Shown here piece after piece: positions 40,268 to 56,100 of a DNA stretch of 64,000 bases. Position numbers and translations under genes: made by a program. The stretch comes from Tubiluchus corallicola (taxonomy: Eukaryota; Animalia; Priapulida): the NCBI GenBank assembly GCA_030141605.1, contig JAQGDQ010000465.1, forward strand, positions 1 through 64,000. Reading direction: 5' to 3'. Position 1 is the first letter of the stretch. Each line of letters begins with the position of its first letter. Under the pieces are notes generated by a model. That model was given only the letters and a program-made list of their open reading frames with translations, searched no databases and was not told the origin of the DNA.

Positions 40268-43200
40268 TAGTAACCGTTCATTTTACAGGGGTGTGCAAAT
40301 TATCTGACTAGCCAGGCCACATTAGACTTTCCCACAATTCCTGCAGGCCACAGGCAGTTTGATCAAGGAGCCAAGTACAGAAAGGCCTAATAACAATTTT
40401 TTTGCATCCGACCTGCATACATCATTACTACTACACTCAAGAAACTATTTTAGAAGTTATTAAAATTTATATTACAAACCATATATTTCTACTTTCAGGA
40501 CAGATAGTGGTAATTTCATTACAATGCATATTAGTAAAGCGTATCACACAGTCTGTGTAGTACAGTGACATTAAGCTACAACCATCTTGTAAGGGTTAAT
40601 GGCATCCGATCTAATAGAAAAAACTACCCGCACTATCTTTGGGATCGTGGCACGGACTTCAGCTGGATACACTCAATTAATCGCCCGGGCCGCACTTTCA
40701 TCAGGTTGACAAATCTCTTCGCGGGCCACACAAATTCTCTCGGCGGGCCGCAATTTGCACACCCCTGGTTTATTATGTCAGTTTGGCACAAATTTTATCA
40801 AGGTGAATCAAATTTTTAAAATGTTTCAAGTTATTCAACGACTACGCAACGTCATTTAAGGACACTACTGTTGCTTTGTTTCTATTCGTTGTTAGATGTT
40901 TTGGCTTGATTTGCTAGATACTCTGCGCAGAATTCATAACTAAAATACTAATTTTGTTTTCTGATAGGATTTTTATAATTTTAGTATTCTTTGTCGACGA
41001 ATTTTTAGGTTTTAGACGGGGTTACGGTACGCAACCTGGATCTTTTGCAGAACAGCATGACCGGCGGACGAGAAGGTACCCTCCTCGAACGATTGGACCA
41101 TTGCTCCACTCCCTTTGGTATATAGATATTTTCGCTTTGTGATAATTTATTATTGATTTATTTTTTACAATAAACTTGGGTAGTGAAGGTAATTAAATTT
41201 ACTGTTTTTTTGTTATTTTCTTAACTTTGCTAATTTTAGAACTGAAATTTTTTGGCAAACAAAAGTTTGCTTTCTACTTGAAATTTTTTTTACCTATCTT
41301 TAACCCTTTCAGTCCCAAATTATTTTTTTAATAAGAAAAAATTTTTGGCTTGGTACTTTTGTTCAGTATGTCCATCTTGTTTACACATAATAATTGTTTT
41401 TTTCTACCTGTGCCCGCGTGCTAAATATAGCCTGTATCCCACGGGATACATTGGGATTCAATGGAAGCAAAAATGTGCTTCATTTTGCAACTGTTGATAA
41501 TTTTTTAAAGTATTTAAGACATTTAGTATGCATGCTATGCTGATCTGTACAAAGTCGTCTCTAAAGTACTGTACCTTGCGCAGTTTTTTATGCTATGAAG
41601 TTTTTCTAGTTTGTCATTTTATCACCATTTTTAGTCTATTGTTATTGGCTTAAATCAAAATAACTATTAACAGACCAAATAACTGTCAGTTTTAAAATTT
41701 TATTAATTTTAAAGGCAGAAAATATTCTCGTATCCCACGGGATACAATGGGTATGAAAGGGTTAAAGAAGCTTTGAAGAAAACTGCATCATTTTTGTGGT
41801 CTGAGTTAACTTTAGTCATCAGTATGGGGGCCAGTAAACAAAAAGCGTGATGAGTGTGTAGTGAAGAATTCTTGTTCATTCTTTCTGGCAATAGTATATA
41901 TTGTATGATACAGTCATACTTCTGTTTTCGACCATAATTCGTTCCTAAAAAGTGTTTGAAAACCGATTCGGTTGAGTACTGAATCATTTATTCCCATAAG
42001 AAATAATGTAAAAGCAAATAATCAGTTCTCAAGCACCAAATGAACTGTAAAGTATTGCTAAAACGAAACATAATAATGCAAAAATGTTTATTCAAACAGT
42101 AGCTGTGATATTATTGATAAGAAAAACAAAATAGAATTACTTAGAAAGAAAAACATAATTGTTCCTGCATGGAAAAAATCTTAAATGTTGGTAGCAGTAT
42201 GATGGCGTATGGAGACAAGATCGGAAACAAGTGCGTGACTACTCTCGGGCGCAGTCGGTTATGCTCGGCTCACCGTGCATGCATTCATCGCGTGTTTGGC
42301 GGTTGGTCGAGTACCGAAATTCTGGTCGAGAGCGGAGACAATTTCAGCTCGAATTTTCTGGTCGAAAACCGATTTGTACGAGTACGGAGACGTTCGACAA
42401 CGGAGGTATGACTGTAGTTGTTTGTTAATGTTTAGGCAAGCGGTTACTGGCTCAGTGGTTGTGTGCACCGCTATGTAATCCTAAAGCCATCGAGCAGCGG
42501 CTCTATGCTGTTGAAGATCTGATGAACAATGCAGCCATTGTTGACGAGGCCAGAGATATGATGTCACGACTTCCTGACCTTGAACGATTCTTGATGCGGT
42601 AAGTTGGGCTTCTCGGCCATTGTTGAACTGAATTAATTGTTATGAAGTAATAACACTTTAAAGGTCAAATACAGTGTACTTGATGAAGTTTTGATTTTAT
42701 ACAAAAATAGAAAGAAAATGCTCTAGTTTTTCTGATATTTTTAACTTTTTCTTGGTGATTTATATATAAGAGAAAATCTGGTGTGAAGGTGTCATTTCTG
42801 AAGAAAGTCTGGAAGCTCATTTTGCACATTTTACTTCTTAGGGGGTGAAATGCACCCCCTAGTTATGGCAATGTTTACGTTTGGTTATCACATGCCACGG
42901 TTTGTTATGTATCATTGTTTATAAATTGAGCTTCACAGAAACTGTTGGGGTATCCAAACAAGCCACTGCGCTAGCACATTCGGTTACTCTTGCGTTTTTC
43001 CAAAACTGAACAACATGTTTTGGAAAAATGCAACTTTGAGGCCCCATTTCGTTAAGAAGGAAGCCAGGAAATTTAATAAAATTATTGTCAAATTTTAAGT
43101 TACAGTTAGATCTTTTAATTAACGAAAGCTTGTTTTTACATTTTTAAGTTTGATCTTACATTAAATCATGTTGTCAATATATAGAGTGAGCTTGTTTTCT

Positions 43201-46200
43201 GCTGGAACCTTTCAACGTTTTTTTAGAGCTTGACGTCCGTTAATATTATGCACATTTTTTCAAATTGTAAACTGAAAGCTTATATTTCCTTTCAGATAAT
43301 TACTTTTTTAGTTTTCTACTTGTTGCCATTCAGTATTTTTTGTTTTATTTTTCTTAACAACAGACGGCTAAGTTTTTCATTTGCTGTTTCAATACAATAG
43401 TGTAAAAGCGTAAATGAATTCTCTTTGTACATACTAATTTTTATACTGTACAGCACAGTAAGTCCTTGATTAGTGACTCAAATGGGTTTCAGCAAAACGT
43501 GTCGTTAAAGAAAAACCGACAATTGTATAGACATTAGTACAGAATAAAGAATGCTCTGTAATATTGAAAACTACAATAGCTTTTTCTAAATCAAAGCTTT
43601 GATTAAATAATAATTACCTCTGCTACTCAAATTTTGTTAAACTTTCAAAGTTACGCGCGGCTCGGTGATTCTACTGAGATTGGCAACGGCACCTTTTTGT
43701 CACATTCGCGTGGCCGACAAATAGAAGGCGGTACCGTGATAACCATGATCATGAACTGCAGTGTTAGTTTCTGACGTCATATGACGTAGAGCCCATTTTC
43801 GTGACATCACGCGTTTAAGCAGTACTGTAACACTTACGCAAACGTCCTTGACATGCAAGGGAAGATGTCTGTTATTGCACAAACTGTGGCTTAGTTTTTG
43901 ACGTAAGCAATAGCTGTGTTCGGTTGCCATTAATTAACTTTCTAAGCAATTATTCAATTATAAGAAACAATTGCTAACTTTTATAGGGAAAAAAATGTGT
44001 ATTTTTGACAGTAAATTCAAATGAGATTGAGTCTAAACAATTGTCCTGCTTTCTTTCAAGCTAAACATCGCAAAACAAAACATTGTTTTTCATAAGAAAC
44101 AATGTGAAATCATTCAGGTGTGTTCCCGAAACAAAAATCAATAGTGTTTGGCTATGTAAAAACATGCAGTTGCTTGCATGGGGACCAAACCCACTGAAGC
44201 GTGACTATGTTAAAAGTTTCAGTTATCTTCCAGGAGAAAAATCACTAACATTTAGCTCATAAATTAAACACTTTATATGGTTTATAGCTTAAAGTTCTAC
44301 AGGGTTTCTTTAAATAAAATATCACTAGTGTCACTAGTGTTGTGTTTGTGGCAACTAAAATGCAAATGAGGCAAAATGCAGCAATTATCTATTTAACAGG
44401 AGAGAGTTTTATCAGCTTAAACTCTTGCGTTTTGTCAAGAAGAATTTTATCTAAACGTGATAAAACAATGAATCATTTACTGTAACTGATTGTCTTCTGT
44501 CAATTTAGTTGTGCAACGGTGATCTGGGGTGAGTGGTGGACTTCTTGATAGAGTACAAGTGCAGTAAATAAGATTTTAATGTTTAAAGTAAGACAAAAAA
44601 ACATCGTTAAAACGAAACATGCGACGTTAAAAGCAAAAAATGGTGTCAAATGATTAGCGTCGAAAACGAAACGTCGCTAAGCGGAGTATCGTTAAATGAG
44701 GAGTTACTGTACGTACCTATGTACTCTTTTGCATATATCAATTCTGTATTTTCTGTTTGCATTTAGACTTCACTGTTTGGGCTCATCGGGTAGAAGCAAA
44801 ACTCATCCAGACAGCAGAGCTATATTCTTCGAGGATTTGATCTATAAGTAAGCATTTAGTTCTCTCATTTTTCTTGTCATTTTTTCTTTTAATCTGATAA
44901 TTTATAATAAATTAGCACACTCAGTTAAATGTAACAAGACAAAGAAGTAAAACGATGGTTTCTGTTATAAAATTAAATTGGTTTGGTATCTTAGAAAGCT
45001 AGAAAACATTGACCATTGTTTCTGTGTACCAAACTTGATTTTAGAACCAGGAGCGTCTGTTTTCGAAAATGTATTGAGGACTGACTACAGTGTTCCCTCA
45101 CTTATCGCGGGTGGTCCGTTCCAGGTCCACCCGTGATAAGTGATTTCCGCGAAGTAGGAACGCTGTACTTCGCGGAACATCTCGAGCGGGCGCAAGTACT
45201 ACATTTCGTTTTTGGTGTGTGTTCGTCCGCCGAATAAATACGCTATTTACTGTAAGTGGTAATTTTTCATGATTTATAATATTCTTTTAATGTTAGAACT
45301 AATATTTTTAATATATTTTTATACATTTTGTGATTTTTATGCAAAATTCATCAAATCTATACATTACTGTACAACACGTACTACGCATGTGCAAAAATAC
45401 TTTAGACGGAGTACCGCAAAAACCCGCGAAACAGTGAAAATACCGCGATAAATATTGTACATTAATATTTTTGAAAACCCACGAAAGAGCGAGACCGCGA
45501 TAAACAAACCACAAAGTAGCGAGGGAACACTGTATATGGAAAGAAGTCAGTAAATGACTTATATACATACGAATTTAAGTCTACTTTGGAATCAACTTTT
45601 TCACAAATTAGCTGCTAATTAGAGATATCACTAATTTGATTATGACTATGAACGCCGGAATGTTCATAAACTGTTGCGGTTTATTTTACAAAAATTATTA
45701 TCATGTTGAAATGTTGGACTTGTAGCTTAGCTGGCAGTGCACGGGAGTACTAAGGTCTTGGGTTCAAATCCCCACTGGTTCTCAATTTCTCAGTGTCTAC
45801 TTTTTTTCTTCAACTCATTACCCGCATTGGGTAATAATTGTTAAAAATGAACTGCGGTTCATTTACAATCAATTAATCTAATACAGTCAGTTATAATCAG
45901 TTAATATAATATGATATGATATGATATGACATGATATGATATGATATGATATGATATGATATGATATGATATGATATGATATGATGATATGATATGATAT
46001 GATATATGATGTGAGGTGATGTGATGTGATGTGATGTGATGTGATGTGATGTGATATGATGTGATGTGATGTGATGTGATATGATATGATATGATATGAT
46101 ATATGATATGACATGACATGACATGACATGACATGATATGATATATGATATGTTATGATATGATATGATATAGTATAATATAATATAATTAATCAAATTT

Positions 46201-49200
46201 ACTCTGTTTTGTGTATTTTTTGTTCTGGAATTTGGCATCATTTCACTTGGTTTCAGCAAACGAAAAATCAGTGATCTGCTATCTACACTTAATGGATTTC
46301 AACTGGCTATGGACATCATTTCGATATTTGAAAAGTCGAAGTTTTGCAGGTAAGATTTAGCAAATTATCGTTCAGTATTGCAGAACATTCAGTACGATCC
46401 ACGTATGTGTCGAAGTATTTTTCGTAGGAGTAGACGTAAATACAAAATGGCGTCTCACTAATGTGCTGCAGGTTGTTATGTTTATCGCAGTGCGATAGCA
46501 AGCGCTTGTGACACCTGGGGGGGGGCAAAAAATTTCTGGCACCCCACCTTTTTAATGTTTTCATCATTTGTTGCATTTGTAAAGTCAAAAATTGTGCTCG
46601 TTTTTTGCGTCCCTGAACCCAATTTTCCTTTTTCGAAACATGACGGGACAAAGATAAATGAATTTTTTTCAAGAATAACCCTGAGTTTGATTTGCTGTAC
46701 TTCACCAGAATAACTCTTCTGTAGATTAGTTGCTCATAACACGACAGTCCCTAAACATTTAGCTCCTGCATTAAAGCACAAATATTATGTAAGATACACA
46801 ACACTGCAGGTTTTCACAATGATACAATTGGTATTTAGAGAAACGCCACTGTTTCTCCCGAAATTATCTATCTGCTAAGCCACACGACACCCTACGCACG
46901 ATGTTAAGTAACAACATTTGCCTCATTTCTAGTCTATATGTAGTAATTTAGTCAGCTACAGTGATCTCTGACAAGGTAATTTTGTTGTAGTTTGAAAACT
47001 TTTGTTAATTGTTTAGTTAATGTCGGATTAGTAATTAATAATCAACAATCATTGAACATTAGAAGAATTTTGTGCCCCGGGGACGATTGCCCCCTGTCAC
47101 CCCCACCTTGCTACACCTCTAATTTATCATGATTGCATGTGATAATGCTTCCATTCTGCTATTATTGAAACTTCAAAGTCACATGGTTTCTTGCCAGAAT
47201 TAGTATAATGATGATCATGATTTAAATGTGAGGTAGTGTAGTAAGTTATATCTTTATTATTGAAGCACAAGAAAATACTCTTCATTATTAAGGCTTAAAA
47301 ATTTGTCTTGAAATTTTATGTCACTTACATACTGCTTTATTGTGCACAAAGCTTGTATTAGACCAGACTTTGGATTTTGCAAAATGGATAGAGGGGTTTC
47401 GGTGATGTAATTTGGCCATTTCGTATGTTCCTGGGTCACTAATCGTACTACCAAATGAAAACTCGCATATAAGCTACTGTATGTTCCTTCTAGTAGTAGC
47501 AAAGTGTCCGTATGTGAGCGTTTCGGAGTTATAAGCCTCCAAAATGGTCCACCATTTTGAGCTTATGAGCCACCATTTCGTGACGTTTTAGTGTCCCGAG
47601 ACAGCGGGTCAAAATGCAAAATTTTATAAAATGTCCAAAAAGCTATTAGAATGACATAAAGAATTCATGAAATTCAATCATTCATGAAAGTTTGGTAGTT
47701 GTGTCCAGTCAGTCTCCATTTTATCAAAAGTTGGCCTTTAACAGACAAACCATCTGATTATTTTTTGAACTTCGCACAATGTTTTCTGAACTTGCTTCAG
47801 TTTCTTGCTGAGCGACTGATGGTTAATGGACAACCTGAAGTAGGTTTCAGAAAAATCACTTTAAAAAATAATATTACTTTATAGCAATTTTATGCATATA
47901 TCGTACTCACATTAAAAGGACTTTTAGTTTGTTTTCATTTTAAATCTCCTGCGACAGTGTTACATGGCGTCATCTACGCGCAACGTAAATCAGGCGAAGA
48001 AAAATGAATATTTATGTCCCGACAAACATTCCATGCAAAATTATATTACTTAGCATTTCTCACACTTGCGCGAAAGAGTTATGTAACTAGAAAAGAAAAT
48101 TATTAATAATTTAAAATGTTTGTGCCAATTGGTAAAATGTTGCCGATTCGTCCTCCAGGGTGCACCACTCACTAGCCCAAAAACTTATCTTGACAACACA
48201 CAGTAATTTAACATTTTACTTAGTTAGCGACGTGTGTGTACTACGAATGCTCTGACTTTTTTTTCAAACTTTACACATTGTTATCTAAACTTGTTTCAAA
48301 CGACTTATCGTCAAAATTGCTGCATCTAACGGTCGTCGCGAGTGTTTAAATTTACATGTTTTATGCAGCGTTATTGCCGACACAAGTCTAATAGGCAAAA
48401 GGGCAGTACGTGAGCGGTATAAAATTTCAAGACGAATTTTTTAAGCTTTATTTTTTTCTTGTGCTTTAAAATGGCTGTACCTAACGGTCATCGCAGGAGT
48501 TGACAAATTTATAAGTTTTATACAGCATTACTGCTAATACAAGCTCCATGCACAATAAGTATATGTGAGTGATAAAATTTCAAGATGATTTTTTAACCAT
48601 TGCACTTTAGCTGTTGCAATAACTCATATAATATTTACTGTTTCTTTAAGCAGGTATTATAATCATCATTCTGTTCTTATGTTGCAGCTCACAGTTATTG
48701 CAGCAATGCATTACCTTTACAGATGAAGGTGGAAAATTCCCTAATATGAGTCCAGAGCTTGCATTTTTTCGGGTAGGCGGCAGTCTTCTGTTTGATTGTT
48801 TCTGATTGATCTTTGTCTTCAGTGGGTTGGAGCTGTTGATCTTAGAAACTATTACTTCTTTTTTATGCTTCTTTGCTTCTGCATTATTTACTTTATTTTT
48901 CTGTGAGTTTACAATTATGATATAGTATTCACTACAATACCATTTTATTTGTACTAATAATTTCTAGTCTAGGTAACTGTATAAAATTTTGATACGTTTT
49001 CTAAATACTTTTCACCCCCTAATCTGCGTTGCATAACGTTATTAACCCTTTCATACGTGTTGTATCTGTGGGATACGAGAATATTTTCTGCCTTTAAAAT
49101 GAATAAAATTTTAGAAATGACAGTTATTTGATCTGTTAATAGTTATTTTGATTTAAGCCAATAACAATAGACTAAAAATGGTGATAAAATGGCAAACTAA

Positions 49201-52200
49201 AAAATCTTCATAGCATAAAAAACTGTGCAAGGTACAGTACTTTAGAGACGACTTTGTACAGATCAGCATAGCGTGCATACTAAATGTCTTAAATACTTTA
49301 AAAAATTATCAGCAGTTGCAAAATGAAGCACATTTTATGCTTCCATTGAATCCCAATGTATCCCGTGGGATACAGGCTATATTTAGCACGCGGGCACAGG
49401 TAGAAAAAATACTTATGTGTAAACAAGATGGACATACTGAACAAAAGTACCAAGCCAAAAATTTTCGTTATTAAAAAAATAATTTGGGACTGAAAGGGTT
49501 AACTACCAATATCTTAAAGGCATTTGTTAATTTCCAGAAAGCCTTTAACCATGAGAAAGCCAAATCAGATGGAGTGATCATTCCAGAGAAAGGTAACTTG
49601 CAAATACATTTTTAGAAAGTTTTTGTTTGTTTATTTGCCACCCTAAACAACCCATGTGGCAGGCAAAATAAGGAACTGTTCAGTTGAATAGGATTAGCTG
49701 TTAAACTTTACAACAACCTTGGAACTGACAGACTGTTTGTTGCGATTAGGTAGCATTGTATGAGTTTCAGTGAAGTGCAAGCTGAAATATATGTATGTTG
49801 TTATAAAATATAGTAAGTATACAGAATATGGTTCACATGACAGTGGGCTTATACAAGTGTATGAAACATAACAATTTAATACAGTAGATGTAATAATTTT
49901 GATGTCACTGTGTGCTTAATGTCATTATATTGTACTGAATGTGATAATAATAATAATAATAATAACAACAACAACAATAACACCAACAACAACACCAACA
50001 CCAACAACAACAACAACAACAACAAAACTACTAGAGAGTAAGTAAGGTCAGTTTTGTAGAAGAACAGTACACTCGTGTCTCGGTTTACCGGACAAAAGCG
50101 GACAGACTTCGATCCGAATTTGCAGATTATCCGTATTTACCAATACTAACGTAATATAGTAGGCGCCGTGTTTTAGGCTCATAGTAATGTAGAATCAGTT
50201 GCCTATTGGTCTCAATAACGTCTAGTACGGGGTTTTATACAAAAGTGTATAAAGACTGTCGACAGTTGTCTCAAATAACTCCGCATAATTGACTCTAAAC
50301 CACTTACGCTCGCTGATTGAAATACGTTGACATACAAGCCGCACACGTCATTACATACTGCTTAGCGGTCAACAAAGTGACGGCCCGTCAACTAGCAGTC
50401 GGCTTGCAAATTAACAGACTGTGTCCGTAGTACGTGGGACTTTTTAACGGATCAGATTTTGCCGGAATTTTCCGATATGCGTAAAAGTGAGGTCCGGCAA
50501 ACCGAGTGTATGAGCGTATATAACATTTTAATAATTACGTGATTGCACTTTTGGGTTTATCGTAAAACAGCGACTGCATTTTTTCTTTACTATTTCCCTT
50601 TTGGAAGATACTGAGTCATAGAGGTTTAGGTACATTGTAAAAGCTTTCTGCTGCATGTGTTATATGTGTTAATACATATTTTGCTGCAGGCGTTTTCCGG
50701 GATTATGACGAAGCAGTTCATACGATCAAAGAAACGCTGTTTGATCTCGATACTTATCTGGACAAACAGAAGAAGGTGCTTGGATGCTCGGTAAGTTTTC
50801 TAAACGTTATGCATCGAACACAAATGTGTGTTTACATATCAAAATCTTCCGCATGTCGGCATAGTTAGAGCTGCGTTACAGAGCCTTGAAGTGGAATGCA
50901 TCGAAACAAAAAACGAAAAAACATTTTCCATATAAACAAAATTTTAAAATACAGTAGTCACCGCTTAATAGACCCATGGTTAATAGACTCAATCTTTTAA
51001 TTGATTCAAAAAATGCCTGGAACGGGCCGCTTCTATTCAAATATACATAAAAATTATCGGTAATTGACTCATATAGCTCCTCATAATTGACTCAATATTT
51101 TTCCTTCACCTACTTAAAATAAGACATTTGTATGTGCCTTTCCTACTTTTATGTCAGCTTTACTTCCCTTTTGTGCACTATGTATGCAGAAACAATCATG
51201 TTAACTACCGCTTAGTTTGTAAGCAGGTACGTTTATCATGCGCTAATACGCTAGGCTAGCGGCTTTGCTTTGAATCTGTTACCCGCACGCCCACTGCAAT
51301 TAACCTTGTTACCCAAAGATTTCTGGAAGCTAAACATTTAATCACTTGTCTAGTGGTTTCTTTTTGATGCTCTAGTTGCAAATCACGCTTTCGGGCTCAA
51401 TGAGTTAACAGTCAAAGATGCAGGTACAGTAATCAGCCAGTATTCCTTGTGACTTACAAGAGTAAACATCGTACAGCAAATAAGGGCAATGTAAGTGAGC
51501 AGACAATTCAGAACTGTTTTAGTCACACATAACAACAAATTTTCAAAGTTTTTTATAATTACGAGAAATTTGTGGGCCAAATTCTTCGCGAGAAAATGAA
51601 GCAGCCGACTTTGAAGGAATTTTTGTATTTTTTGAAAATAAACAGACTTGTGTGATTTAGAAAAGTATACTTTTTAATTTATTGCTAATTTACTTATATA
51701 AATTAATATTTTAAAATATTTTTTCTAATTTTTAACTGCACAAATTAATTTAGGCATTACTTCATTTCTAAAATTGATTAAAAGCCTTTGCAATGCATAG
51801 TAAGCTGATGACTCATACTTCTATACCAGCAATACTACACCCATCGGTTAATAGGTTCAGTCGGTTAATTGGGCCAAAACACGTCGGTCCCAAAGGGAGT
51901 CTATTAAGCGGCGCCTGCTGTAGCGCAACACGAGTACGATATACTCATGCAATTGCTATAACGTAATATAATTTTTTGAGGTAATTTTTCCGAAACCTAT
52001 TTCAGGCACTGTCTTTCTTGACCTTTAAATAACAGCGTAATGATTTATTATTTACTTATGATTTATTTTTCATGACAGCGTAATGATTTAAGACATTAAA
52101 AAGTTCATTTTCGCAACCACTTTCTCGTCGTACTTTTAAACTCTGATAAAAGCTCGTGGGAGCGACTATTTTTGCGATTCTTTTCATTATTAAACCCAGA

Positions 52201-53099
52201 TCTTCGTCTTGAAGAGCCATCTGTTGGATTTAAACCTAACTTTAATGTATTGTTACAAATTTCATTGCAACCAATCTTTTGTGTTGTTGTTTAGGTTTTT
52301 TTTTGTAGAAATGAGACAAGAACACTAGCAAACTTTTACAGTCTTTTTTGTTTTTCAAAATTAAGTTTTTCATTGTGTAGCACACACCTTAGCTTCAACG
52401 TGGATTACTTCAGTTTCGAAATAACTTAGAAATAACACAAAATGGAGAGTCAGAACATGCGAATAACTAGAAAAACTTTGTTGCCAACTTCTGGACATTT
52501 TGCTGTCCAAGCACATAATCGTACAATGTATAAGTTGGTGCATTAGTGTACTTTGACTTAACGCTATGCAATAAGTGACTGTATAACAGTCCTTACTTAA
52601 TTAACTTATTAGTTAGCAGTTAAATTATCATTGGCGGCTCGTGTATCGTGTACTGTGTAACTGCAGCGCCCCCTATTTTCACTCAATATCATCGATAATA
52701 TTCAATATAGTAGGTCTTTTTCTATACTTGTACCGAACCAGAACGCGTGAGGGTTGTGCTGTTGTGCGCATGCGGCCACATGTCTGAGCCCAGGTAGAGA
52801 AAGTACTGTCGCTCACACAGTTGTCAGTCGTCACATGCTTACCGTGAATGGCTCAAGCTTGAACTGCTGCAATTTGGGCTGTTAGTAAGCAAAAAAAAAT
52901 TTTGGCTAGGCTTTTATCAAGTTTATGTACAAACTTTCATATGTTTGTTTGTTCAAAATTACAGTTACAAATGACTACATTAAAATTAATTTTTTTTCTT
53001 TTGTTTCGTTTTACACAGTATTAAAATGATAGCTATAAATTTTATGAAGCAGCACCCCCAGTAATTTTAACTACGAGACGTCACTGGATGATAATGATG

Positions 53100-53131
<32 letters not shown>

Positions 53132-56100
53132 GATGATGATGATGATTGTTATTAAATTTAATAACCTGTGAAAAACAGGAAAAACTTTGCCCACCATTCA
53201 AAGTAATTCAACCTGTATCATCAGATGGCTTTTCATAATAGGCCATTACGTTTGATATGCAACCATTGTCCAGCTGTGCTTGACAAAAAGCCCTTTTAAC
53301 ATGTTTTATGCAGACACTAAAGTATTGGGGTACTGGAAGGAACAGATACCAGTTGGAGGTCCCGGACAGTGCTGCACGTCGCGTACCGGACGAATATGAC
53401 CTCAAGTCGCAGAGGAAAGGGTTCAAGCGCTACTGGACGAAAGAGATACAGAGATTGTTCACTCAACTGCAGGCAGCAGAGGATCAACGAGATGCTGGTC
53501 TTCGTGATTGCATGCGCGGGGTGTTCCACCGCTTTGATGAGCAGTATGTGTTATTGAATTGAGAGACGTTATGGTATTTTTATACAAAAATACTGAAAAG
53601 CTAGTTTTTTAACGATACGTATCATCTTCATCATTCAGTATTTTTGTTAATCTACTAACCATTCTTTCGATATTAATACTGTACATTAGGGAGACAATAG
53701 AAATACATCCGTTTCCATGTAATCGCATTGGTAATATTTTTTTTATTGCACACCCATCCCGGAATTTTATCATTTTTTTTGTACATTCGTATACTCACCT
53801 AACTTAGTTATATAAAAGCATATTTTTTATTGCACACCCATCCGGGAATTTTATAATTTTTTTGTACACTCATATACTTTCCTGACTCAGTTATATAAAA
53901 GATATTTTTTAATTTAAAATGTAAACACAATAATTATTATAACGTCGTTGTTTCAGTAAGGACGCAGCTATGTTTTTCTTTAGGCCGGGGTTACCGTTTT
54001 GTATGATGTTGATTATCGTACCGGAGGCTAAGAAATATCATATTTTCCACCAAATCAGCGTATTAATGGCCAAGTAGCATTACCACTTATATCATAATTA
54101 CGAGAACATACTGTGAAAGTCATGTTTAAAGTTGTAGATCACTCACTTTGTAGAACAAGAATAAAAAACTATACTACATATCTGCATTGCACAAAACAGA
54201 AAAGTGTTTATTAAACTACATACACATAAGTAGAATGACTGCTGCACTGAACACTGAGAATGAGAGTGTCCTACACTGAACACTGAGAATGAGAGTGTCC
54301 TACACTGAACACTGAGAGTTAGACAGTGACTAGAAAGTAAAACCAGTCAGTATATATAGGTATAGGTGTCCTATGCAGACTTGCTTCACAAAAACCATTA
54401 CTGTAAAATAGGGAGAGATCCAGTAAATATGCATTCACTGGACCGTACAATTATACTGAGGTAAGTAGCTGGTAGAATGTAAAAGGATTAGTTTATACAT
54501 ACGTTGATACTGTACAAAAAGAGACTACGCGATAATCCATAGTTATATGATAATATAGTAATGCGAAACAAAAAACTAAAAACCAAAGCGTGAAAAAATG
54601 TGCATTGAAAAAATTTAAGACACTACCGCTAACCAGTGGGAAATAAACACAAATTTTGACTTAATCTGATTTTAAATTTTCTATAATTCAGCTTTCAAAT
54701 GTTTACAAAGTTTAAAAAAAAACTTGGAAAAAATTTTTTCCTTCCTCCCAACTGACATCTTTTGGGCTCACGGGGTAAGACAGAAACTGATTTTTTTATA
54801 TCTAGCCTTGTAAATGTCTGTGCATAGAGCTTTTGGCTTACGTATTGTTATGACCCGCCTGCTGATCTTAATTTAAGCGCCAGGTTGGCTTCTCACCTGT
54901 GTTCTGTACTTGCTTTTGACCTAGTTAGTTAGTTGTTATTGAGGTGGAAGTAATGTCAGCTGTTCAGGATTACAGCCCTGATGTTTTGTTTTTGTTAATT
55001 TGCGTTTGCTGGCAATAAAAAGGAAGTAATGTCGCAAATGCATCTCCGTTTATTCACCATGTTTTGTGTAACCAATTCCAACTGATAACAGTATTCATTT
55101 TACATTGTCAATATAATATCTCATCTGGGTGCCGACCATCACAATGGGAGACTTCAGAGTAACTTTAATATTTTGAAATATGACAGTTCCTATTCTGTTT
55201 CATCTGAAATGTTACACTTTGTATAATTTTTCTGCTCATACATTTGTTATTTCTTGCCTTTAACGTTGTTTTCACGATCATTTATGATTACCGCAGTTAC
55301 ACAAAGTGGAATTCGGCCGTGCAGTGCCTTGCAGTTTTGGACGTGCTCTGCATGCTGGCGGAATACAGTCGTGGAGGAGACGGAGTCATGTGTCGGCCAC
55401 AGTTTGTACTGCCCACTTCAGATGTAAAAGTAAGTGTTGTGTATACAGAGATAATATCAGTAATGCTTTAGCTGTAAGAATTTCTGTCTTAACATGTATA
55501 CTTTTCATTCGTGAGTTTTCCACTGTATCGGAAAGCTTTGCTGATTTTATTTCTGTCGCAGTTTTTTCTAGATTTTCCCCTTTCGTTTGTGATTGTGAGT
55601 TTTTTGGTAACAATGTAATATAATGTAAAATTTATTTATATAGCTCACCAAATCATTTAAAATTTCAGCACGTTGGACAATAAAATACATTTGAAATTCA
55701 TAAGAAACTGTGCAACATGCGCTAAATACAAGTCCAACAGTCTTTTAGATGTAATTTATGATTTTTTATTGTCCAAAATGGGCAATCATCGTCTCATCAA
55801 ATTTGACTGACTGACTGACTGACTGACTGACATATTATGTGCGACTCGACTCCGTTTTATCTGAAGCAAATAAAAACATTTTCTGCTAAACAAATGTCAA
55901 AAGGATAATTAACTGCTATAACGAAAATGTATAATAATATTATGAAATATGAAGAAATCAAACTTACATCTTTGCCGCATCTTACTAACTTGCTAAAGAG
56001 AACTCGCCTGACAAAATTTTGTGATAAAACGACACGACGTACTGAACAAGAATGACTTCTTTCCTATCCTGTCTGCAAAATGAGGCCAATGGCCTATTTC

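Noticed and set aside
45887-46259. His/Ile/Ser-rich ORFs and poly-Ile/poly-Ser ORFs (22075, 40069, 40083)
   Set aside because: Microsatellite translations.
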